The notes under the pieces: model-generated
What the model saw: only the letters and a program-made list of their open reading frames with translations
The model's database searches: none
What the model was told of the DNA's origin: nothing
Shown: piece after piece, positions 48,898-59,955 of the stretch
Layout: each line of letters starts with the position of its first letter
Numbering within the stretch: position 1 is the first letter of the stretch
Assembly: GCF_032444005.1 (NCBI RefSeq)
Contig: NC_091285.1
Location: 19,592,001-19,656,000 of the forward strand
Source: Ranitomeya imitator
Lineage: Eukaryota
Direction: 5' to 3'
Length of the DNA stretch: 64,000 nt
Position numbers and translations under genes: made by a program

Positions 48898-51066
48898 TTA
48901 AAGTTCGATTCATTCTTTCTACTATCCCAGATGATTGCGGATGATATGATACATGAAACTTTGGTTTTACATTCAACATTTCACACATATTAGTCATGAT
49001 TTTGCCGGTGAAATGTGTGCCTCTATCTGATTCAATGACTTTTGGAAATCCCCACCTTGAGAAAACCTCCCTCCATAATGCTTGCCTCACAGCTTCTAGT
49101 TCAGCTCTTGGTGCTGAGAATTTTCTTGGGCATTTAATGAGAATTTGTTCATTTGTTTGAGGACGCCACAGGGCATAACCTGTGTAAAATTGTCCCTCTT
49201 CCCAATACCTTGATCCATCCACCCAAATTTTTAGATCTTCCTTCCCTGCCACTAATCCAAACCCCTCCTGGGTCTTGGTCATGTGTACCACCCCGCAGTC
49301 ATGTTTTTCCCCTTTGTATTGCATCAACTGTGGCAGGATGTAGTTAGTATCATGAGTTATTGTGATGTTCCTAGGTGTCAAATCTACCAGCCATCTTGCT
49401 ACTCTTTGGGAAGATACTGAGTGTTCACTCCAAGAGCATTTTGATGGGTGTGTGGGGTGTTTGTAGTATGATTTCATAAAATCCTACTATGTATTCCGTG
49501 GATAGTATTGCCCAATGTACTGCCAACAGATTCCTCACACAATCACCAAATCCTATTTCCACAGGACTTAACAATCTTGATAGGTATCCAACAGAAACCC
49601 ATTTTCCTTGCCTCTCCTGTAGCAATACAGAGACGTGAACCTACAAGGCAAAATGCTGCCACAAGATGTCAGCCAATATTTCATCATCTGTTCTCAAAAG
49701 CATAGCTGGATCTAAAGATTCTGCACCTTCGATTGAATCAATACCATAATTGTCAGTAACCATCTTTAAACAGCCTCTATACCGTGATCCTCTCCACAAC
49801 ATCCAGTTGCACAAATCTACAATAAGTCCATGTTCCTTCATAACATCTGACCCAACAATGGTACCTTCACGTGTTGGTGAAAGATATAAGCCATGCTCAA
49901 CACATAGATTACCTAGGTTTATTGATACTGGCAAAGATTGCTCTGAAGATACTAATTGTCCTCCAAAACCTCTCAGGAAAATCTGTTTACCACTAGGATC
50001 CATCTTCAAATCCAGATTAGTTAAACTGACAGCAGCCCCTGTATCCAGATGTTTGTACGGTGGCCCCCTACCGTACCCTGAATACGGGGTCTCCCGGCCT
50101 TGTCCTTGCTAAGCTGACTCGCTAGGGACAACACTGGGGCCTGACATCCCTATTGTTTTAGGTGGGATCTTTAATTCCTCTGGCTTTCCTGCCATTGCCT
50201 TTCCAATCTTCCTCAGCTCTTCCAGAAGAGGGCCATATAATGTAACTTCAGGAAGACTATGCTCTCCATTACTTGCATTTGGTTCTTGTTCTTGAGTTTG
50301 CTTCCTATCAATAAAAGGTCTATTATTGATAATTCTTTTACGACTTCTGCATTCTTTCATAGTGTGACCTGTGTATCCACATCTATAACATTTCCCAACG
50401 AACCTTACTTTGCCTTCATTTTTGACTATCTCTGAGATTCGCCTTTGGGGCTTGTTGTCATGACTTGTGTCCTGAATCCAATCCTTCAATATATTTACAA
50501 AGGCTTGATAGGAATTTGCGTTCCTCGAGGCAAGTTTTGTTGGATAGTCAACAAAGGTGCATTTGTTAGCCATTGAATATAGAAAACTGTTATCATCAGG
50601 AGACATGTCAGGGCAGTTATAGGTAGAACGATATAATGTCAAATATTCACTGCAGAAAATAATTGGATCATCTCCTCTATTTAGTTTTGCATTTTCTAAG
50701 GCATTAGTACCTCTTGTATCTCGTCCTCCCATGACTCTCTTTAATTCCTCCATTCTGTCACTAGCATTTCCCCAATTGCATTCAAGATCTGCAGACAATC
50801 CTTTGTGATATCCTACAGGAGGCTGCAACTTTTCACAGAGTTGGGATGGGAGCCATACCCGAAGCCCTATTACCTAGATTGTATTGTGTCACTACAGCCT
50901 CTAGCCTATTGGAGAGACTAATGGCTGATGCGCTTGGGTCAAATGTCCCTAATATCTGGCATACGTTTGTCTTTTCTTGCATGGTGAGTGTTGTGCAATG
51001 TACTTGATTGCTGCTCTTTATAAGTGAATTCTCCCTCGTTTGTCTCAATCTACCTGACTCATGGTA

Positions 51067-51593
51067 ACACAAGCCCCACCATTCAAAATAAATAAGACAA
51101 ACACACCAGATTTAGTTTGGAATAAAAATTGACCGTGGCGTTTATTTTTGAGTAACATGAAGAATAAATTATTAATAAAATAACCAACCAGAATTAAATA
51201 ATCATTCATCAACTGAATTAAATTTCACCATTAAAAATCCAATCCACCCGACACCGGGCGATTTTTCCCACAAAATAAACGACACGACAAGGTTACAACA
51301 GAACCAAAAAAAAGGGGGTGGGAGAACGGGATCTTGAATCTTCTGAGGTAAACTAGTGACAGCGGCTCTGAACAGCTGTTTTTATAGCCAGGAATTCTCT
51401 CAGTTCGATATCTGTAAGCCAATCAAAACACTGGAAAAAAACGGGAAGAACAGTGGGGAAAAAACAGAGAAAACCAGAATCAACCTGCTCGTGCACAGCA
51501 CAGCTTACATAGCTATTAATAGCCTTTTCTGACAGAACAATAAACTGAGGAGAATTCACCCATAACCATAATAAATTTCATTAGGGGCTGTGT
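51067..51593. mobile_element. 527-bp insert with short TIRs in gag (unclassified; could be a MITE or a solo LTR)
   Basis: TA-acacaagcccc...ggggctgtgt-TA. The minus strand carries a CCAAT motif (tgattggc), gctataaaaa and aataaa. Confidence 0.5.
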
Positions 51594-51611
51594 TATCATA
51601 GATTACACTAA

Positions 51612-52329
51612 AGGTACCGTCACATTAAGCGATGCTGCAGCGATATAGACAACGATATCGATCGCTGCAGCGTCGCTGTTTAGTCGCTGGAGAGCTGTCA
51701 CTCAGACAGCTCTCCAGCGACCAACGATGCCGAAGTCCCCGGGTAACCAGGGTAAACATCGGGTTACTAAGCTCAGGGCCGCGCTTAGTAACCCGATGTT
51801 TACCTTGGTTACCATTGTAAAAGTAAAAAAAAAAAACACTACATACTTACATTCCTGTCACGCCCTCCAGCGTCAGCTTCCCATCACTGTGTAAGCGCCG
51901 GCCGGAAAGCAGAGCGGTGACATCACCGCTGTGCTTTGCTTTACGGCCGGCCGGCACTGACACTGGGGGATACAGGGAAGCTGACGCTGGGTGACGTGAC
52001 AGGAATGTAAGTATGTACTGTTTTTTTTTTTTTAACTTTTACAATGGTAACCAGGGTAAACATCGGGTTACTAAGCGCGGCCCTGCGCTTAGTAACCCGA
52101 TATTTACCCTGGTTACCAGTGAAGACATCGCTGGATCGGCATGTGTGCGATGTCAGCGGGAGATCAGCGACTAAAAAAAGGTCCTGATCATTCCCCAGCG
52201 ACCAACGATCTCCCAGCAGGGGCCTGATCGTTGGTCGCTGTCACACATAACGATTTCGTTAACGATATCGTTGCTACGTCACAAAAAGCAACGATATCGT
52301 TAATGAAATCGTTATGTGTGAAGGTACCT
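51612..52329. mobile_element. PIF/Harbinger MITE inside gag
   Basis: TAA TSD at 51609-11 and 52330-32. TIR aggtaccgtcaca / tgtgaaggtacct. Confidence 0.85.
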
Positions 52330-53873
52330 TAAGGGGAGGGCATTCAGGAGTAAAGAGAGAGGACCTCTGCTTTGGGTTACCTTCAGGGCTATCCGCGGTG
52401 CATACAGGCCGCTCCTCCCGCCTTTTCCAGTCTCTTTCTTCCTGGTCATTAGATTTGCACATTTGATTACAGCAATGATTATTCACTTTAGTACCTTTCT
52501 GTGATTTCAAAGACATATTATCATGTTCTTTTAGTTCCAGTTTTACATTGGCATCATGCAACTGATTTCTAAGTATTGTCATAACATCATTATACTTTGC
52601 TTCCTTTTCTTCTAGCAAAGCAATTCGCTGCTCCCTAAGTTGACATCTTTCCTCATACTCCTCGAGCTTATCTTCTAACTCACAATTTTGGTCATTCATA
52701 TTGTCTACCTCATCCCTTAGATTTTCACATTCACAACTATGATCTTCAGCACTAGCAATAGCCATACTGACTTCCTGTTCAATTTTGTCCACCTCACCTC
52801 TTAATTGAGCTTTCTCTGAATACCAATGTGATTCCTTTCATTTTCAACAACATACACAAAACATTTGCTAACTTCTCTTTCTTTGCTTTCTTTTTCGACA
52901 ATTTACTCTCACTCTTCCCTTCACATTGTTTCATTCGGTCATTAGGCGTCTCAGGCGTTCAAGTTTCCACGAACCAGCGTGTCACTTGTTCACCGATAAG
53001 ATGTTCTCCTTGGGTCTGTTTCCTTGAAGAAGGGCTTTCTTGTCTGGTCTTAAAACTGGATATTTTCAGGCACTTGGATGAAGCAGTTGGGAACTTCTCG
53101 TTCTGGGTAGAATGCTGTTTTTCCACGATCCGCTGGGGTGACAAATGTCGGTGGTGATTTCTCGTCCTGTATCCTGTCCTGAATATTTCCTATACAATCA
53201 ATAACTCAAGTTTGGGAAAATGACAAATATATTTAATGACAAGTAAAATAAGATAGTAGTAAGACAATTCAGAAAATAAAATAACAATAAAACCTTATCT
53301 TCAAGGTCCTATAATTAGAGAAAATACCAATACAAGTATCTACAAGTATACTTAGCAATGATTCTTCATGGCAATAATAAGAGAGAGAGAGAGAGAGAGA
53401 TGGACTTGATTCTTCCTCCATTTCTACCAACATTTCACATCCACACGCACATACAAGCCATGACTCCACCATTGCTTCCAGTATCTTCTATGGCAAATGT
53501 CCAATCGTCTTCCGGCAATGTGAACACTGTCATTGGCTGCAGTAATCATCACCTTCCTGCAGATGGCGTCCTCCTACTTGGGAAGAAAGTTCTAGTGTAG
53601 GACAGGTTCAACTCCATTTGGGCTGGCTCCAACATGTCCATTCACAGAACAATGGTTCGTCACCCGAACACCACAGGCATTGTGTATCCATATACATATC
53701 CATTGGCCGAAGACAGGATGTCTATCTCATGACCAGTGGCTTATAATGGAAACCCACAGGAGTTGTGAACATATGTAGATGATGGGCCACAAACAAGACA
53801 GAGGCTATTGATTCAAGATTTCCACAGTGTATACCTGTGTCCTCCATTAGGGTGGAGGGCCAATATTCACTTA

Positions 53874-54151
53874 GGCTACGTTCACATTAGCGCGTCATGC
53901 GCCCCTATGTTTAACATGGGGGACGCATGCGTTTTTCGCGTTGCGTTTTCTGACACGTGCGTCGTTTTTTACGCTAGCGTCGGACGCAAGAAAATGCAAC
54001 AAGTTGCATTTTTCTTGCGTCCGATTTTCGTCAAAAAACGACGCACGCGTCGCAAAACGCAGCGTTTTTGCGTGCGTTTGCACGCGTTTTTGCGTGCGTC
54101 GTGCGTTGCGTCGCCGACGCAGCGGCGCGCAACGCTAATGTGAACGTAGCC
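53874..54151. mobile_element. PIF/Harbinger MITE (278 bp, largely palindromic)
   Basis: TTA TSD at 53871-73 and 54152-54. TIR ggctacgttcacattagcg. Confidence 0.9.
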
Positions 54152-54344
54152 TTAGTATGTAGATGCACCTCTGCCTTCTCACTAAAACAAAGGACATCAC
54201 ACAAAAGAACACCGGCCTGACCGCCTGATAGGTTTACAGTCTTGTATCTGGTTTATCTCATCAACAGAGTCCTGATCATATTCAGCACTCATAAATTCTA
54301 TATATTTCTACGGTACGCACATTGTCCATGTTGTCTTCCAACAC

Positions 54345-54560
54345 CCTATAATTAATAACCAGCAAAGGCTATGCAGACAGCTGCGGGAAGAAATTAATAG
54401 CCTAGAAATAGGCCATGGATATTGCCCCCCTCCCCCCCCTGGCTAAACACATCAGCTCTCAGCCGCCCCCGAAAAGGCGCAATTCCAAGATGCGCAAATT
54501 CTGGCACTTAGCCTTGCTCATCCTACTTGCCCTGTAGCGGTGAGCGGTAGCAAGTGGGGT
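54345..54560 (+). repeat. Fragment of an interspersed repeat also present at about 61540-62150
   Basis: Shared gcagacagctgcggg, ccatggatattg, agatgcgc(c/a)aatt and tgtagcggtg blocks. Confidence 0.55.
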
Positions 54561-54567
54561 TCATATT

Positions 54568-55565
54568 TGTTGAGTTGCACTTTTGAACGACACAATTGGT
54601 TTTACCACGTCTTGTACTGGAAAACGGGAACAAAATACCAAGTGTGGTGTAATTGCAAAAAAGTGCAATCCCACACTTGTTTTTTGTTCACTAAATGCTA
54701 AAACTGACCTGCCATTATGATTCTCCAGGTCATTACGAGTTCATAGACACCAAACATGTCTAGGTTATTTTTTATCTAAGTGGTGAAAAAAAATTCCAAA
54801 CTTTGCTAAAAAAAAAAACAAATAAAAAAAATAGCGCAATTTTCCGATATCTGTAGCGTTTACATTTTTCGGGATCTTGGGTCGGGTGTGGGCTTATTTT
54901 TTGTGCGCTGAGCTGATGTTTTTAATGATACCACGTTTGTGCCGATACAATCTTTTGATCGCCCTTTATTGCATTTTAATGCAATGTCGCAGTGACCCAA
55001 AAAAATGTAATTCTGGCGTTTAGAATTTTTTTTATCATTACACCGTTTAGCGATCAGGTTGATCCCTTTTTTTATTGATAGATCGGGCGATTCTGAACAC
55101 GGCGATACCAAATATGTGTATGTTTGATTTTTTTTTTTACTGTTTTATTTTGAATGGGGCAAAAGGGGGGTGATTTAAACTTTTATATATATTTTTTTTT
55201 TTCATATTTTTTAAAACATTTTTTATTTACTTTTGCCATGCTTCAAAAGCCTCCATTGGAGACTAGAAGCTGGTATAGCCTGATCGGCTCTGCTACATAG
55301 AAACGATGCTCAGATCGCCCCTATGTAGCTGAATTACAGCATTGCTATGAGCGCCGACCACAGGGTGACGCTCACAGCAATCCAGCATCAATAAACATAG
55401 AGGTCTTAAGGAGATATCTGGTTGTCATGCCGACACATCGCTGACCTCCAATCACATGACGGGGGTCAGCGATGAGCACATTTCCGGCCCGATGGCCGGA
55501 AGCATTAGTTAAATGCCGCTGTCAGAGTTTGACAGCGACATTTAACTAGTTAATAGCGGCAGGTA
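54568..55565. mobile_element. Internal fragment of the piggyBac-type MITE family
   Basis: Collinear with about 60130-61110 (tttgaacgaca...aaaactgacctgccattatgattctccaggtc...aaatgccgctgtc). Confidence 0.75.
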
Positions 55566-55813
55566 AATCATGACAGGTCAGTATAATGATTTCTGTTTTA
55601 TCCTTATTTTTACAGGTGGAGACAGTGGGAGCAGACTACTACTCTTATCATTATCTTCTGCTGGTGCTGGGAACCATGATGAGGGTAGCGTTCAGCACTC
55701 GGCGCTTGGGAACAGAGAAAAACTGTACACTGATTCCCAGGCTCCGGATGGCAGCCGTGTGGGGTACGTGTCACATGGACTCATTGACTTGTGATCTGTG
55801 CAGTCGTCCATCA

Positions 55814-55989
55814 CAGATCACGTGTGCAGTGCGCTCACTACACTGAGCAGCCAATCACAGATCATGTGCGCAGTGCACTCACTACACTGAGCAGCCAATC
55901 ACAGATCATGTGTGCAGTGGACTCACTACACTAAGCAGCCAATCACAGATCATGTGTGCAGTGCACTCACTACACTGAGCAGCCAATCA
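55814..55989 (+). repeat. Four tandem 44-bp units, each containing a CCAAT box
   Basis: cagatca(c/t)gtgtgcagtgcactcactacactgagcAGCCAATCA x4. Confidence 0.9.
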
Positions 55990-56474
55990 CAGTAATGTAT
56001 GTGTTTATGTGGGAGGAGCCCGATCACAACAAAGCATTGCCAACCATTCCCCACTTGCTCACACTGCTCCAAGTCTCCTCCACATCACTAGCAGCTGGCA
56101 GAGGAAAAGCACAAACCAAGGTAAGAGCTGCTCAAATATGAGCAAAAAAAATCAGCTAGATCAGTGGGAAACGTCCTTACGACGGGCATTAAGGAGCCGT
56201 GTGCGAGTCCAGAATCTTATTTGTGGAAGTTCTTCTGTTGATACATTCAGATTCTTCAACTTTTATTCATTTTTATTTGTGTTTTCTGAGTTTCTTTTAC
56301 AACTTTTTATATGAACATTTCAAACTTCTAATTGTAATGAACATAAAAGAAAACTGGATGGAGCGTACACAGTATATACAAAAAGTTATGGCTCTGGGAA
56401 GAAGGGAGCTAAGACAAAAAAAAAGCACGCACGCCTTTTGTGTTTTTTTTCATTTCCATCAATATGGCCGTGTA

Positions 56475-57178
56475 AGGCTATGTGCACACGCTCCAAATTT
56501 TTCGCATTTTTGCATGTTTTTTTCTCAAGCAAAACACTTCAAAAGCGCCTAAAAACACATGCATTAGAATCCCATAATTTATAATGGATTTTGCATTTTT
56601 TGTGCACATGTTGCGCTTTTTCCGTTTGCGTTTGTGGGAAAAAACCGCATGTGGAAAAAAACGCAGCATGTTCATTAATTTTGCAGATTTTTTGCGGATT
56701 TCCCATTATATTATGGCATTGGGAACGTATATTGCTCCATACAGAGTGGGCCCCATATATTGCTCCCTACAGAATGGGCCCCATATAATGCTCCCTACAG
56801 AATGGGCCCCATATACTGCTCTACATGTAATTGGCCCCCATATACTGCTTTAAACATTATAAAAAATATATATATATTAATCTCTCGACGCTGTCCGACT
56901 CATCGGCGTCTTCCGGCTCTCTGCGCCGTGACTGTTCAGGCAGAGGGCGCACACTATTCACATCATCGCGCCCTCTCACCTGAAACGTCACAGTCAAAGG
57001 ATGGAAGACCACGCAGCCCAGAAACGGAGAGGCGAGTATGGCAAATCTCGGGGTTTGGAGCAAGCAGCAGGGGATTGGGCCCCCATAGCACGCCAGTGAC
57101 CCCGATGGTGAGTGAGCCCCTCCACCTGCTCAGGGCCCCGGCACTTGCCCGCGTGCGCCGGGTGCTGATACCGGCCCT
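56475..57178. mobile_element. Harbinger MITE half, about 28-bp tandem repeat, and hAT-like MITE end
   Basis: taaggctatgtgcacacg start. gggccccatata...gctccctacagaat repeats at about 56740-56850. Terminus ...tgataccggccctg at 57178, after which homology to the 34502 flank begins. Confidence 0.5.
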
Positions 57179-57316
57179 GTACATATTCATACATCATATA
57201 TAGAGGACTGAATACCTGTTATAATTTTTCTGTATCCTGTGTCTACATAGCTGAACCCAAACTTTACTCTGAGTATTAAATAATTGTAGTTTATTTTCTC
57301 TCTTTTTCCATCAGCC

Positions 57317-58927
57317 ATGGCGTCTATTGATCTGAGAGATGAGCTGCTCTGCGCCATCTGTTTATCCACGTTTAAGGACCCTGTAATGCTGAGATGTGGA
57401 CACAACTTCTGCCGGGTCTGTATTGGTCGTGTGCTGGATACACAGGACGAGTCTGGAGTTTATTCCTGTCCTGAATGCAGAAAAAGATTTCAGGAGCGTC
57501 CGGCACTGATGAGGAACATAAATCTCCATAATGTCGCAGAACGTTTCCTGATTACTCAGCAAGAACAAGAGGAGATCACCGGGATCTGCTGCACTTACTG
57601 TGTGGACTCTCCGGTACCTGCTGTTAGATCCTGTCTACACTGTGAGGCTTCTCTGTGTGATAAACACCTGAGGGTTCACAGCAAATCACCAGAACACGTC
57701 TTATCTGATCCCAGCACTTCTCTGGAGAAAAGGAAATGTTCTGTCCATAAGAAGATCCTGGAATATTACTGCACCGAGGACGCGGCTTGTATCTGTGTGT
57801 CCTGCTGTTTGATTGGGGAACATCGTGGACACCGGGTGGAGATGCTGGATGAGACCTCAGAGAAGAAGGAGAAACTGAGAAATGTTCTGCAGAAACTGAT
57901 CACAAAGAGAGAGAAGACTGAGGAAAGAGTCCGGAGTCTGGAGGAGCGCAAGAGAAAAGCTCAAGAACAAGCAGCTGGAGAAGCCGAGAGAGTCACTGCC
58001 CTGTGTACAGACATCAGGAGACGGGTGGACGACCTGGAGAAGAAGGTCCTGAGTGAGATCTCCAGGCAGGAGAAGGAAGAGTCACTGTCACTGTCTGCTC
58101 TGATCCATCAGCTGGAAATAAAGAAGGACAAGCTGTCCAGGAAGATGAGACACATTGAGGAGCTGTGTAACATGACGGATCCACTGACTGTCTTACAGGA
58201 ACCAGACACCGGTGACTTGTGTGATCCTGAGGAGAAGGGAGATGATGAGGACACAGGAGGACATGATAAACAGCCCCATGATGGAGATGACCTGGATGTG
58301 GCTGTGATCTCACACACATTACACACATTATGTGAGGTAATATCAGGTATAAGGAGCGGGATCTATATGGAGGATCCTGCAGACATATTACTGGATATAA
58401 ACACGGCTGATAATAATCTCCTTATATCAGACGACCTGAAAACTGCAACCTGGACACAAGAGAATCAGAAACGTCCAGAAACAGCAGAGAGATTCCAGTA
58501 TAACAATCAGGTGATGAGCAGGAGAGGATTTACCTCAGGACGACATTACTGGGATGTGGAGGGCAGTAGATCAAGGTCGTATATAGTGGGGATGTGTTAT
58601 CCCAGTATAGACAGGAGGGGGAGTCAGTCAGCAATTGGAGGAAATAATAACAAGTCCTGGAGTTTGTGGAGATATAATAATAATCAGTATCTTGTGAGAC
58701 ATGACAGGAAAGTGATCTGGTTACCTGACAAGATCTCCAGTGATAGAGTCAGGATATGTCTGGATTATGAGGCCGGGCAGTTGTCCTTTTATGAGCTGTG
58801 TGACCCCATCAGACACTTACACACCTTCACTGCCACCTTCTCCGAGCCCCTCCATGCTATATTATGTGTATGTCATGGTTCTATAAAGGTATTAGGGAGA
58901 AGCAGAAACTGGAAGAAACCATCATAA
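57317..58927 (+). CDS. TRIM E3 ubiquitin ligase, 536 aa (RING-Bbox1-Bbox2-CC-PRY/SPRY)
   Basis: Intact ORF with the same domain order. A pyrimidine tract and CAG precede ccATG. Confidence 0.95.
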   Translation: MASIDLRDELLCAICLSTFKDPVMLRCGHNFCRVCIGRVLDTQDESGVYSCPECRKRFQERPALMRNINLHNVAERFLITQQEQEEITGICCTYCVDSPVPAVRSCLHCEASLCDKHLRVHSKSPEHVLSDPSTSLEKRKCSVHKKILEYYCTEDAACICVSCCLIGEHRGHRVEMLDETSEKKEKLRNVLQKLITKREKTEERVRSLEERKRKAQEQAAGEAERVTALCTDIRRRVDDLEKKVLSEISRQEKEESLSLSALIHQLEIKKDKLSRKMRHIEELCNMTDPLTVLQEPDTGDLCDPEEKGDDEDTGGHDKQPHDGDDLDVAVISHTLHTLCEVISGIRSGIYMEDPADILLDINTADNNLLISDDLKTATWTQENQKRPETAERFQYNNQVMSRRGFTSGRHYWDVEGSRSRSYIVGMCYPSIDRRGSQSAIGGNNNKSWSLWRYNNNQYLVRHDRKVIWLPDKISSDRVRICLDYEAGQLSFYELCDPIRHLHTFTATFSEPLHAILCVCHGSIKVLGRSRNWKKPS

Positions 58928-59085
58928 TTTAAAGGGAAGGTCCCACCAGTTTTCTTGTAGTTTTTTTTTTTTTTGTGAAATTAAGCTTAAAATTTTAATT
59001 AAAATGTATTAATGCAATGTGTGCACTGTTTGCAAACATTTCTATATGAAAAATATTATATTATTTCTTACAAATATACATATTT

Positions 59086-59596
59086 GAAACAAGAAAAGAA
59101 AACAGTGCGGCACTCACCCTTATTATTTGAAGCTGTGAAATCGTGCTCTTTATTGGAGAAAAATGTATAAAACATCCATTAGGACATCAGGTCAGCGAGA
59201 GGGTGCGGAGGTGGAGTGTGGACGACGGCCGTTTCGCACGGTATGTGCTTCAACGGGTCCAACGGGAACTGGACCCGTTGAAGCACATACCGTGCGAAAC
59301 GGCCGTCGTCCACACTCCACCTCCGCACCCTCTCGCTGACCTGATCTCCTAATGGATGTTTTATACATTTTTCTCCAATAAAGAGCACGATTTCACAGCT
59401 TCAAATAATAAGGGTGAGTGCCGCACTGTTTTCTTTTCTTGTTTCATCGTATTTACTCTGGATTGCATATCAGTGCTGAGCACCATATACCCAGAACATT
59501 CGTGCCACCTGCGTATTTTTCGGATGTTCTTTAAGGAGTGTATGTCCATATTGATTTGTGCTTCTCTAGTGCCGTCCATTGCTCATTCTGTGTGTT
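59086..59596 (+). mobile_element. Penelope-like pLTR insertion with a 5' fold-back (177-bp arms, 8-nt loop)
   Basis: Arms 59085-59261 and 59270-59446 with 1 mismatch. TSD aaatata(c/t)atattt at 59072-85 and 59597-610. Absent from the paralogous flank at about 551-566. Contains aataaa, a gggtgagt donor and a hammerhead-like fold. Confidence 0.85.
59270..59312 (+). ncRNA. Hammerhead-like fold with variant core (mirrored on minus at 59219-59261)
   Basis: TGGAC-CCGTTGA-a-GCAC(atacc)GTGC-GAAA-CGGCCG-TC-GTCCA. Stems intact; the core differs from CUGANGA at two positions. Confidence 0.6.
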
Positions 59597-59955
59597 AAAT
59601 ATATATATTTACCACTAGGGGGAGCATTTTCCGTTTTAGACCTCAAGCAGCTATAGTAAGACTTGCCAGCTTTACGATATGTTTCCACAGTCAGGATTTG
59701 CTCAGGATTTGACCCAGGTAAATCTGCACCAAATCTGCACCTGAGGTCACTGGCAGGTCACCTGCGTTTTTGATGTGTTTTTCATGCGGATTTGTGTTTT
59801 TTTTTTGTAAGCTAAATAAAGATATAGAAAAAAACAGAATTGTGATGTCATTTCTTGTCCAACCTCTTCATTTACTGTACGTACTCCATTGAAGAATAAT
59901 GTTTACACACACAGACAGATAGATGATAGATAGATAATAGATGGATATGATAGAT

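Larger units (their letters stand above)
44660..53400 (-). mobile_element. Deleted, multiply interrupted LTR retroelement (retrovirus-like or Gypsy): gag-PR-(RT deleted)-RH-RH-IN; ends approximate
   Basis: Coiled coil (52274-52792), capsid-like region, CYRCGYTGHTMKEC knuckle, LDTGA protease (about 50040), RT-RNaseH-like GYLSRLL, WVDGS...SAPRAELEAV RNase H, IESDRGTHFTG...HPQSSGIVERMNRTL integrase continuing at 47990-47862 and 44715 downward. Confidence 0.85.

Noticed and set aside
20717-58328. Conserved antisense ORFs within the TRIM genes (20717, 35342, 58014 and shorter ones)
   Set aside because: Their similarity simply follows the near-identical sense coding sequence.
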